A stretch of DNA of 64,000 nt from Thermodesulfovibrionia bacterium. GTDB lineage: Bacteria; Nitrospirota; Thermodesulfovibrionia; UBA6902. Location: positions 17,856-81,855 of the forward strand of contig CAMYNN010000009.1 of assembly GCA_947259735.1 (NCBI GenBank), given 5' to 3'. The notes beneath the pieces were generated by a model, which made no database searches, was not told the DNA's origin, and saw nothing but the letters and a program-made list of their open reading frames with translations. The translations under genes and the position numbers were made by a program. Within the stretch, counting starts at the first letter, position 1. Each line of letters begins with the position of its first letter. Positions 56,573 through 64,000 of the stretch are shown in pieces.

Positions 56573-58720
56573 TTATTTTTTACCGGGAGGAGATGCATTC
56601 TCCCGGAGCTCTTCTTCATAAAGGAAGTTTTTCAGTTCATTCAGTTTTCCAAGGAACTGTCTCGTCAGCGCATCACCTTCTGTTTTGTTCGTAATAACAT
56701 GAGGGGTAATCATGATGACGAGCTCTTTCTTGGTGACAAGCGAGGTGTCATATCGAAACAAATGTCCGAGAACAGGGATGTCTTTCAGAAGCGGAATGCC
56801 CGAGTGACTGGTATTTTCCTCTTCCTCCATTATTCCGCCGATCACGATAGACTGCTTATCGGGCACAATAATGGATGTTTTTGTTTTCGTCGTATTAAAA
56901 GACGGGAATGTGTTCCCTTCCGCTCCGACCTGCTGATCAGCTCCTTTTGACGAAACCTCCTGCTCAAGATCAAGGACGACAGTCTTTTCATCGTTTATAG
57001 TAGGCTTTATTTTCAACTTGATGCCCACTGTTCTGTATTCAATATTCTGGGTCAGCGTTTCAGTCGTTGTCGTTGATGTGGTACTCGTGGCTGTCGGCAC
57101 ATCTTCTCCGACCTCGATGTTCGCCTCCTCCTGGTCCCGGACAAGAAGCCGCGGGCTCGAAAGAATATTGACTTTCCCCTTCCCTGCCAGTGCATGGACC
57201 ATCGCAATAAATTTGTCGGGCCTGAATGCCAGATATGACAGGCCGGAAGCAGTTACTGAAACAGGGTCAAAAGACGGCGGAACTGATAATGAAGGGACGT
57301 CCGTACGGCTCTGGACAAGTGCCCTGATATCATTTTTATTATCACTTGGATGAATATCGTGAAGGACAGACCACTGAACTCCATACTGGTCTGAATCTGA
57401 AAGAGTCACCTCTGCGATTACTGCCTCTATCAGTACTTCTCTCGGGTAGATATCCATTCTTTTGATCGTCTTTACAATTTCCCTGTATATGCCGGGAGGA
57501 GCCAGAATAACGAGAGAGTTTGTCGGTTCAAATGTGATGATTTCAACTCTGCTGCTTCCTGAAGCCTGTTGGGAAGAGCTTCTGGGTGCTGTTCTCCGTG
57601 CCGTTGAACCTTTCTTCGATGTTATTGTAGTTTTTATCTTTTGAGGGGTAATCCTGGATTTGGTCCCGTCCGTTGATTCATACAGTGTCTTCAGAATATC
57701 CGCAATTTTTTCAGCCTCCACATTCTGTACAGGATAAACGAATATATTCTGACCCGTCATAACTTCCTCGTCCAGCTTCTTGATCCATCCCGAAACTGTC
57801 TGGAGAAGAGTCGGGCTTGCAGAAAATATCACCAGGCTGTTGATTCTTTCAATTGGCACCAGTGCTATGCCCTCACGTGACAGGTTTAACGCATTGAGAA
57901 CTTCTGTCAGTTCGTTTGACAGAGACAGCACATCGGAATACTTGGGCTTAAAAAAAGACATTCTCGTATTTTTAAAAGCATTCACGTCGATTTCTTTCAG
58001 AACCTTCATTACACGGAGAATGCTGGAAGAATTATCATTGATAATAAGTAGATTGTTTCTGGGATTCGGAATGATACTGCCAATCTGGGAAAGCATGGGA
58101 GTAAGTACCGCGCTGATCTCGGTCACAGGAACATACTGCACGGCCACTATCTGTGTAACCGGCCGGTCAACGTCCGAAAGGGTACCTACCTCTTCGACGG
58201 TCCTCACTTCAACGGGTTTTTGCTTGGCTGCACTCCCTGAGACCAGCTTCAGGAATTCTCCTGACCTCACAAGGGCTATGCCGTTCGCTTCAAGAACAGA
58301 TTCAAATACACTCATCACCTGGCTGACAGGTATCTTTTTCGCAGAATGAATAGTAATCCGGGCATCCAGTCCCGGACTTAAAATGAAATTTTCATTTGTA
58401 ATAGAACCCACTGTGTTTATAACATCCTTCAGGTCAGCATTGTCAAAATTCAAAATAATGTAGTTTTCTTCCTTAGGTTTTGAGAAAAAAGACTTGATCT
58501 GCTCAGGCGTCACTGAACCGGAGGAGACACTTCCCGGAAGTCCGGGCCTGCCTGATGCTTTTGGGTTCTGAGGCACATCTCCTCCCCTCTTCACAGCCGG
58601 CGGTTGAGTTCTTACAGGCCGCTGACGGGCAGGATCTGGTGATTTGTTTCCCTCATCGGCTCCGGCATGTGCGAAGCAGAGAAAAAAAGCGGCAATAAAG
58701 ATTGCAATAATATTTTTCAT
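56573..58720 (-). CDS. gspD: Type II secretion secretin GspD
   Basis: 715 aa. Signal peptide (IFIAAFFLCFAHA). N-domains, secretin core (IVIGGIMEEEENTSHSGIPLLKDIPVLGHLFRYDTS...LVIMITPHVI). Confidence 0.9.
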   Translation of the reverse strand: MKNIIAIFIAAFFLCFAHAGADEGNKSPDPARQRPVRTQPPAVKRGGDVPQNPKASGRPGLPGSVSSGSVTPEQIKSFFSKPKEENYIILNFDNADLKDVINTVGSITNENFILSPGLDARITIHSAKKIPVSQVMSVFESVLEANGIALVRSGEFLKLVSGSAAKQKPVEVRTVEEVGTLSDVDRPVTQIVAVQYVPVTEISAVLTPMLSQIGSIIPNPRNNLLIINDNSSSILRVMKVLKEIDVNAFKNTRMSFFKPKYSDVLSLSNELTEVLNALNLSREGIALVPIERINSLVIFSASPTLLQTVSGWIKKLDEEVMTGQNIFVYPVQNVEAEKIADILKTLYESTDGTKSRITPQKIKTTITSKKGSTARRTAPRSSSQQASGSSRVEIITFEPTNSLVILAPPGIYREIVKTIKRMDIYPREVLIEAVIAEVTLSDSDQYGVQWSVLHDIHPSDNKNDIRALVQSRTDVPSLSVPPSFDPVSVTASGLSYLAFRPDKFIAMVHALAGKGKVNILSSPRLLVRDQEEANIEVGEDVPTATSTTSTTTTETLTQNIEYRTVGIKLKIKPTINDEKTVVLDLEQEVSSKGADQQVGAEGNTFPSFNTTKTKTSIIVPDKQSIVIGGIMEEEENTSHSGIPLLKDIPVLGHLFRYDTSLVTKKELVIMITPHVITNKTEGDALTRQFLGKLNELKNFLYEEELRENASPPGKK

Positions 58721-58915
58721 GTTTTATCTCATCTAAAAAAAATTCCCCATTCTCGCCTCAGATACTACAGAGGAAATCAGGGAAAAGATTAATTTCCAGC
58801 ATCCTGTGCCGGTTGTCCGGTCTCTGCATATTAAAATTATCCAAATAACTAAAGAGAGTATACCAAAGTAAAAGATACTATATCAATTATCGGCACGAAT
58901 GGAAAAATCTTTATT

Positions 58916-60475
58916 TTATTTGAAAGATTCTGCATTAAATGCCTGATTCTCATAAAGTTTTTCTTCCTTCCAGCGGACAGGGAACTTGACCTGAAATGTC
59001 GATCCCTCACCAGGTTTGCTGGTCACGATCAACTCCCCCAGATGTTCCGAGATTATCTGTTTTACAAGCGGCAGCCCCATTCCGAAACCACGTTCTTTCG
59101 TACTGAAAAAAGGTTTGAATACATGATTAACGTCCCCGTCCGGGATTCCATATCCTGTATCGGAGACGCTGAATCCTACACTGTCTCCATCCCTGAATGT
59201 TTCAATTATTATCATGCCTCCCGTCGATGTTGCCTCTACTGCATTTTTCATGATATGAAACAGCGCGACTCTCAGAAGGTCTTTCTGCATGTTCATTCTG
59301 AGCTGTTCAGCGGCTAGTCGCGCAGAAATTTTCACGTCTTTGAATGCAGCTTCTTTTTCTAATATGGAAAAGACCCGTTCCACGACTTTGTTCAGATCAT
59401 CATTCTTAAACATGGACTGCCTGTTTTTAAGGAGAGTTTCAAAATCAGCAACAATCCTGTCCAGATTATCAGCCCCTTCAAGTATATATTGAAGACTCTC
59501 CCTCAGACTTTCTGACACTTCTTCTTTTTCAAGAATTCTCTTGCATCTGCCGCCAATCATTGATGCGGGATTTCTAATCCTGTCTGCTACGGTTAAAGCC
59601 ATCAGGCTCATTGTCCTCTCAGCCCCGACCGTTTCAAGTTCCTGATTCAGTTCGGTCAGGTCAGCGTTTATCATTTCTATTTCTTTTATGAGCCGTTCTC
59701 TTTCTTCTTCTGCCTGTTTACGTTCTGTAATGTCCCTCTGGACAGAAACCCAGTGGATAAATGAGCCCTTTTCGTCGGCAAAAGGGACTATGTTGCATTC
59801 GACCCAGAATTCGGTGCCGTCTTTGCGGTAGTTGACCAGTTCTACCCTGACAGGGTGCACCTGATCAAGGGCAACGCGGAGTTTGTTCAATACTTCGAGA
59901 CTTGTTTTCGGTCCTCTCAGCATACGCAGTGTCTTGCGAGTTGCTTCCTCATATGAATATCCGGTCATACTGCTGAATGCTTCATTTACATAAAGAATCC
60001 GCCTTCCGAGCATTTGTCCGGGTTCTGCTTCCAGAATAATGATGGCATCATTGGCGTTCATTACAGCAGATTCAAGGAGGCGAAGTCTTTCTTTCGCTTC
60101 CTTGTGCTTTATGGCATTGCTAATCGTTACGGGAAGAATTTTCAAATAATTCAGCTCAGCATCCTTTATAATGTAGTCACAGGCCCCGGCCTTCATGGCC
60201 TTGACAGCAACTTCCACATCACCTCCGCCTGCAACGACAATGACCGGTAATTCATGGTCGAGATTAAAAATATCATGAACGGTGCCGTCTCCTATGTCAT
60301 AGTCACTGATTACCACATCAATTTTCCGGGAATTCAACAGGTTCCTTACCTCTAAAACAGTCGCGGCCAGGACATAATCATATTGAGCATTTGCCTTTTC
60401 AATGCTACTGGAGAAGGAATTTTTTCCCACTTTATTATTTTCGACGAGCAGAATAACTCTCTTTCTGTTTCCCAT
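58916..60475 (-). CDS. Receiver-PAS-histidine-kinase-like ATPase protein (no recognisable H-box), first gene of the gsp operon
   Basis: 519 aa. N-terminal REC-like fold (VILLVENN...DVVISDYDIGDG...PVIVVAGGGD). PAS (RRILYVNEAFSSMTGYSYEE). Coiled coil. HATPase N/G boxes (HIMKNAVEA...DTGYGIP...GFGMGLPL). No canonical H-E-x-x-T/N-P His box was found in the dimerisation region. Confidence 0.75.
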   Translation of the reverse strand: MGNRKRVILLVENNKVGKNSFSSSIEKANAQYDYVLAATVLEVRNLLNSRKIDVVISDYDIGDGTVHDIFNLDHELPVIVVAGGGDVEVAVKAMKAGACDYIIKDAELNYLKILPVTISNAIKHKEAKERLRLLESAVMNANDAIIILEAEPGQMLGRRILYVNEAFSSMTGYSYEEATRKTLRMLRGPKTSLEVLNKLRVALDQVHPVRVELVNYRKDGTEFWVECNIVPFADEKGSFIHWVSVQRDITERKQAEEERERLIKEIEMINADLTELNQELETVGAERTMSLMALTVADRIRNPASMIGGRCKRILEKEEVSESLRESLQYILEGADNLDRIVADFETLLKNRQSMFKNDDLNKVVERVFSILEKEAAFKDVKISARLAAEQLRMNMQKDLLRVALFHIMKNAVEATSTGGMIIIETFRDGDSVGFSVSDTGYGIPDGDVNHVFKPFFSTKERGFGMGLPLVKQIISEHLGELIVTSKPGEGSTFQVKFPVRWKEEKLYENQAFNAESFK

Positions 60476-60643
60476 GTTTCAGAACCAATATCTTTTTATG
60501 CCATACCATTTATGGCGTTAATGTTATGACCTCTTACCTTATCGACATAAAAGGATAATATCTTCAATGAATATGATAGAATTGGACTTACGCATCACGT
60601 ACTTGAAGCCTTATGAACAATAAGATAATAATATGAATTAATT

Positions 60644-62071
60644 ATGAACTCTGCATCATTCCATTCATTAAAACATCTCATAGTCCTTCTTCTCATCTTT
60701 ACCTGTTCCTGCGCAGTAAACCCTGTTTCAGGCAAGAGGGAGTTAATGCTGGTCAGCGAGGAGCAGGAGTTGAAAATCGGCATAAATGCCGCACCGTCAC
60801 TTAAGTGGGAATTCGGCGGTCCCTATCAGGACAAGGACCTCGAGTCACACCTCGGTGGAATTGTCGGAAAATTATGGGAACAATCTGAAAGGCCTCACCT
60901 GCCAGTTGAATTTCACGTGCAGAATTCCTCAGTACCGAATGCATTTGCCCTTCCCGGTTATGTAGCAATTACGAGGGGGCTGCTCAGCGAAATGGAAAAT
61001 GAAGCCCAGTTTGCCGCTGTCATGGGACATGAGGTGGGACATGTGATGGCCCGTCACACTGCCCAGCGATTATCACGTATGCAGCTTCAGCAGGCGGGGC
61101 TTGCCATTGGTTCAGTCGCCCTGCAGGGTACGACAGGAGGTGACGCGCTGCTTTCTTTTGGCGCACTGGGAAGCAGTCTCTTCCTTTTAAAATATGACCG
61201 GAGCCAGGAAATACAGTCAGACAGGCTCGGAGTAAAGTACATGGCGAACCTCGGATATGATCCTCATGAAGCAATCTCTGCCCACAAAGTACTTGAAAAA
61301 TCTGTTGATAATTACCTGGAAAGACAGGGGAAATCACGAGGAAACGACACTGTCATGTCCAGTATACTGTCTACTCACCCAAGAACCGAAGTCAGGTTAA
61401 GCGAAATACAGGATATGATAGATCAGCTTCCTCCCTATTCACTGAAAGGTGACGGAAAGTTCGAAAAGCGATTTCAGACATCATCGAGGAAATTGAAAGA
61501 AACGAATAAAGTCTATCATGTTTACGATAAGGCGGAGCAGTTCTATAAGGAAAAGAAATACACCGAAGCAGAGACAACCTTAAAGGAAGCAATAAAGATG
61601 AACAGTTCCCAGGCCCCCTTCCATAACCTTTCCGGGTTAATAAATCTGCAGAAGAAGAAATTTACGAAAGCAGACAGATCTTTCCAAATGGCCCTGTCAC
61701 TTCACCCGGGGTATCAACCATCACTCTATGGAAGAGGACTCGTTCAGTATTACCAGAAGAATTACCAGGAAGCTATAAGGGAATTCAATAAAAGCATCAA
61801 AGAATTCCCCGGACATGCACATACTCACTTCGGGCTCGGTAAGAGCTACTTCCATTTGAAGAAATATTCCGAGGCCATTCCCTATCTCAGCAGTATTGCT
61901 CAGATCGCACCGAAAAACCCGGAGATCCACGGACTCCTCGGAATCTGCTACGACAAGACAGGGAAGGTCAAGCCTGCGGTTCAGGAATACGGATACCAGG
62001 TACAGGTAGCACCCAAGACGGATCTCGGCAAATATGCGAAAAAAAGGCTTGCTGCATTGACTGGTAAATGA
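60644..62071 (+). CDS. M48-family Zn metalloprotease with C-terminal TPR repeats (BepA/YfgC-like), lipoprotein/periplasmic
   Basis: 475 aa. Signal/lipobox (LLLIFTCSCA). HEVGHVMARH (HExxH). Several TPR-like repeats in the C-terminal third. Confidence 0.8.
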   Translation: MNSASFHSLKHLIVLLLIFTCSCAVNPVSGKRELMLVSEEQELKIGINAAPSLKWEFGGPYQDKDLESHLGGIVGKLWEQSERPHLPVEFHVQNSSVPNAFALPGYVAITRGLLSEMENEAQFAAVMGHEVGHVMARHTAQRLSRMQLQQAGLAIGSVALQGTTGGDALLSFGALGSSLFLLKYDRSQEIQSDRLGVKYMANLGYDPHEAISAHKVLEKSVDNYLERQGKSRGNDTVMSSILSTHPRTEVRLSEIQDMIDQLPPYSLKGDGKFEKRFQTSSRKLKETNKVYHVYDKAEQFYKEKKYTEAETTLKEAIKMNSSQAPFHNLSGLINLQKKKFTKADRSFQMALSLHPGYQPSLYGRGLVQYYQKNYQEAIREFNKSIKEFPGHAHTHFGLGKSYFHLKKYSEAIPYLSSIAQIAPKNPEIHGLLGICYDKTGKVKPAVQEYGYQVQVAPKTDLGKYAKKRLAALTGK

Positions 62072-62112
62072 GGGGACAGCAGCTTTCCATGCACACCACA
62101 ATCCCTGTTTAT

Positions 62113-62670
62113 TTACTGCCCGTGAAACCTGTTCTGTGCAGAAGTTGCACCTTTGGAGAGTATTTCCCCGACAGCGTCGGCAGCTGTTTCAACGGCCTCT
62201 TCAATAACAGGTCTTTCCTGTTTGTTAAACCTGCGAAGCACATATTTTTCTGCAGGGCCCCTGTTCGGACGGCCGATACCGATTTTAATGCGAAGAAAAT
62301 CTTTTGAACCCAGCCTCTCAATTATTGACTGAATGCCGTTATGCCCGCCGGAAGAACCTGTCTCCCTGATTCTGATAACGCCTGTTTCCAGATCGAGATC
62401 GTCATGGATGACAAGGACATTGTTTATGTCATCAAACTGCCTTATTGCGTCCCATACTGCAATGCCGCTTCTGTTCATAAAAGTAAGAGGCTTTATGAGG
62501 ACCACCTTCTGCTCCCCGATAAAGCCTCTTCCGTGTATAAAATTTGCCGTTTTCTTCTTTAGTGAGATGGAGAACCTGTCGGCAAGAACCTCGACAACCT
62601 TAAACCCGATATTATGCCTCGTATTCTCATACTCATCTCCGGGATTGCCCAGACCAGCCACAAGCCACAT
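62113..62670 (-). CDS. pth: Peptidyl-tRNA hydrolase
   Basis: 185 aa. MWLVAGLGNPGDEYENTRHNIGF canonical Pth N-terminus. Conserved position after rplY. Confidence 0.95.
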   Translation of the reverse strand: MWLVAGLGNPGDEYENTRHNIGFKVVEVLADRFSISLKKKTANFIHGRGFIGEQKVVLIKPLTFMNRSGIAVWDAIRQFDDINNVLVIHDDLDLETGVIRIRETGSSGGHNGIQSIIERLGSKDFLRIKIGIGRPNRGPAEKYVLRRFNKQERPVIEEAVETAADAVGEILSKGATSAQNRFHGQ

Positions 62671-62679
62671 GATAACGGA

Positions 62680-63363
62680 CTACTTCTCTTCCACTTTTTT
62701 CTCTTCTTTCGAGTCTTCCTCTTTTCCTTTTCCCTTCACAAGTTCGGGCTCCGCAGCCTCTTCTTCAGCACCTTCAGCCGGCACTTCCTCTTCAATAACA
62801 GGGGCACTGACCAGCAGAATAACTTCTGACGGATCGGTAATTATTTTCACCCCTTCCGGAACTGAAAGATCACTGACGTGAAGAGAATTTCCTATTTCTA
62901 TAAATTCAGCATCAACTTCAATCTTGTCCGGTATCTGCATAGGGAGACATTCTACCTCAATTTCCCTTAACCGGTTTTGTAAAATACCCCCCATTTTAAC
63001 TCCTGCAGGTTTTTTAATGATATCGATCAGAACGGTCACAGTGACTACTTCTTTCAGTGACACTTCCATGAAGTCAACATGCAGAATTTCTTCAGAGACA
63101 GGGTCTCTCTGATAATCCTTGATCAGCACAGGATGTTCCGATGTCTTGGTCCCATCCTCACTGAGCTCAATAGTAATGAGGGAATGCTGCCCCCCCTCAC
63201 CTGAATAAATGAGACCTGTCATCTGTTTTCCCGGAACCTTGATCGGTGTTGAATTGCCCCCGGAGTAAAAAACAGCGGGGAGCATCCCTGCTCTTCTCAA
63301 AGTGCGGGCGCTCCCTTTGCCTATTTCAGGTCTTTTATCTGCTTTAATTAATATTTTTTCCAT
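62680..63363 (-). CDS. rplY: 50S ribosomal protein L25 / general stress protein Ctc (with charged C-terminal extension)
   Basis: 227 aa. ADKRPEIGKGSARTLRRAGMLPAVFYSGG typical L25/Ctc. Lys/Glu-rich tail. Confidence 0.9.
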   Translation of the reverse strand: MEKILIKADKRPEIGKGSARTLRRAGMLPAVFYSGGNSTPIKVPGKQMTGLIYSGEGGQHSLITIELSEDGTKTSEHPVLIKDYQRDPVSEEILHVDFMEVSLKEVVTVTVLIDIIKKPAGVKMGGILQNRLREIEVECLPMQIPDKIEVDAEFIEIGNSLHVSDLSVPEGVKIITDPSEVILLVSAPVIEEEVPAEGAEEEAAEPELVKGKGKEEDSKEEKKVEEK

Positions 63364-63436
63364 ATGTCACTCCCTCCATTTATTGACGCGGTTTAAACGG
63401 CTTAATCTGTTTAAACCGTTCAAGCATTTCTGTTTC

Positions 63437-64000
63437 TTATATAAATAATGAACTGACCGATGTCTCTTCATGTATATTCTTAATCGCTTCGCCAAGCAAA
63501 GAGGCTACAGAAAGGACTTTGAGTTTCCTGCACTTTTGCTGCTTTTCATCCATCCGGATAGTATTGGTTACAATAACTTCTTCGAGTGGGGACTCGTTAA
63601 TTCTATCCAAAGCCGGCCCGGAAAGTACAGCATGGGAACAGGCAGCAATAACCTTATTTGCACCGCTCTCTTTCAGTGCCGCGGCGGCATGTGTAATAGT
63701 TCCGGCAGTATCGATCATATCGTCAAAGAGAATAGCATCCATCCCCTCCACTTCGCCGATAACATGCATTACCTGTGACACATTCGCCCTCTCTCTGCGC
63801 TTATCAATGATCGCCAGTGAAGCATTAAGTCTCTTTGCAAATGCCCGCGCCCTCTCCACGCCTCCGGCATCGGGAGATACAATGACAAGGCCGTTCCGGT
63901 ATTCCTTTTTTACATACTCTACAAGCACCGGTGAAGAATATAGATGGTCAACAGGTATGTCAAAGAAACCCTGAATCTGCCCGGCATGCAAATCAATAGT
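63437..64000 (-). CDS. prs: Ribose-phosphate pyrophosphokinase (PRPP synthetase), 3' portion; N-terminus beyond window end
   Basis: PRPP-binding loop [13 protein letters not shown] and the conserved C-terminal region. The listed Met at 63991 is internal; the gene continues past position 64000. Conserved prs-rplY-pth order. Confidence 0.9.
   Translation of the reverse strand, partial: TIDLHAGQIQGFFDIPVDHLYSSPVLVEYVKKEYRNGLVIVSPDAGGVERARAFAKRLNASLAIIDKRRERANVSQVMHVIGEVEGMDAILFDDMIDTAGTITHAAAALKESGANKVIAACSHAVLSGPALDRINESPLEEVIVTNTIRMDEKQQKCRKLKVLSVASLLGEAIKNIHEETSVSSLFI

Overview
This 64-kb window looks like a chromosomal region of an anaerobic, Gram-negative respiratory bacterium. GC content is about 45%, consistent with a Deltaproteobacteria- or Nitrospirae-type genome. 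The gene content, in order, is as follows.

(1) Positions 194-2707, minus strand: an OmpR-type response regulator and a sensor kinase whose periplasmic domain carries a CxxCH haem-c motif, divergent from a periplasmic nitrate reductase operon napAGHBD (3089-8600).

(2) An NlpC/P60 peptidase, a PilZ protein, an orphan GspE/MshE-like ATPase and RlpA.

(3) An AT-rich island (13.5-15.8 kb) carrying a markedly GC-rich TIR-domain protein with C-terminal transmembrane helices, plus a small zinc-ribbon protein.

(4) A membrane transporter, a DsrE-like protein, and a VKOR-thioredoxin fusion read through an in-frame TGA that falls exactly on the first Cys of the thioredoxin CxxC motif. This is a candidate selenoprotein.

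(5) A second PilZ, a DUF3524 glycosyltransferase, an AmmeMemoRadiSam radical-SAM enzyme, an HTH-nucleotidyltransferase protein and a lysine-rich (KKTTAKK)n histone-H1-like protein, followed by lpxC, tldD and mtnP.

(6) A first partial type II secretion set gspCDEF (27.4-33.8 kb). Its secretin carries a C-terminal SPOR domain.

(7) A NarX/NarL-like two-component pair; nfnAB; and an NAD-linked formate dehydrogenase module made of a REC-NuoE-like fusion, an HndB-like 2Fe-2S protein, a NuoF-like subunit and a Cys-type FdhA. A sigma-54 response regulator follows.

(8) A complete second type II secretion operon on the minus strand (47.7-60.5 kb, regulator-gspDEFGHIJKLM plus a GspC-like gene).

(9) A BepA-like M48/TPR protease and the conserved pth-rplY-prs cluster, with prs truncated by the window end.

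Three intergenic hairpin elements have stems built from 7-8 bp tandem repeats. Two belong to one family with a GGCCATGGGC core and (GGCAATAG)n-type octamer arrays. The third uses NCAACRT heptamers. There are also two strong GGGGTCA... bidirectional terminators and a shared ~30-bp promoter motif upstream of the NarL-like gene and nfnA. No rRNA, tRNA or CRISPR array was seen.
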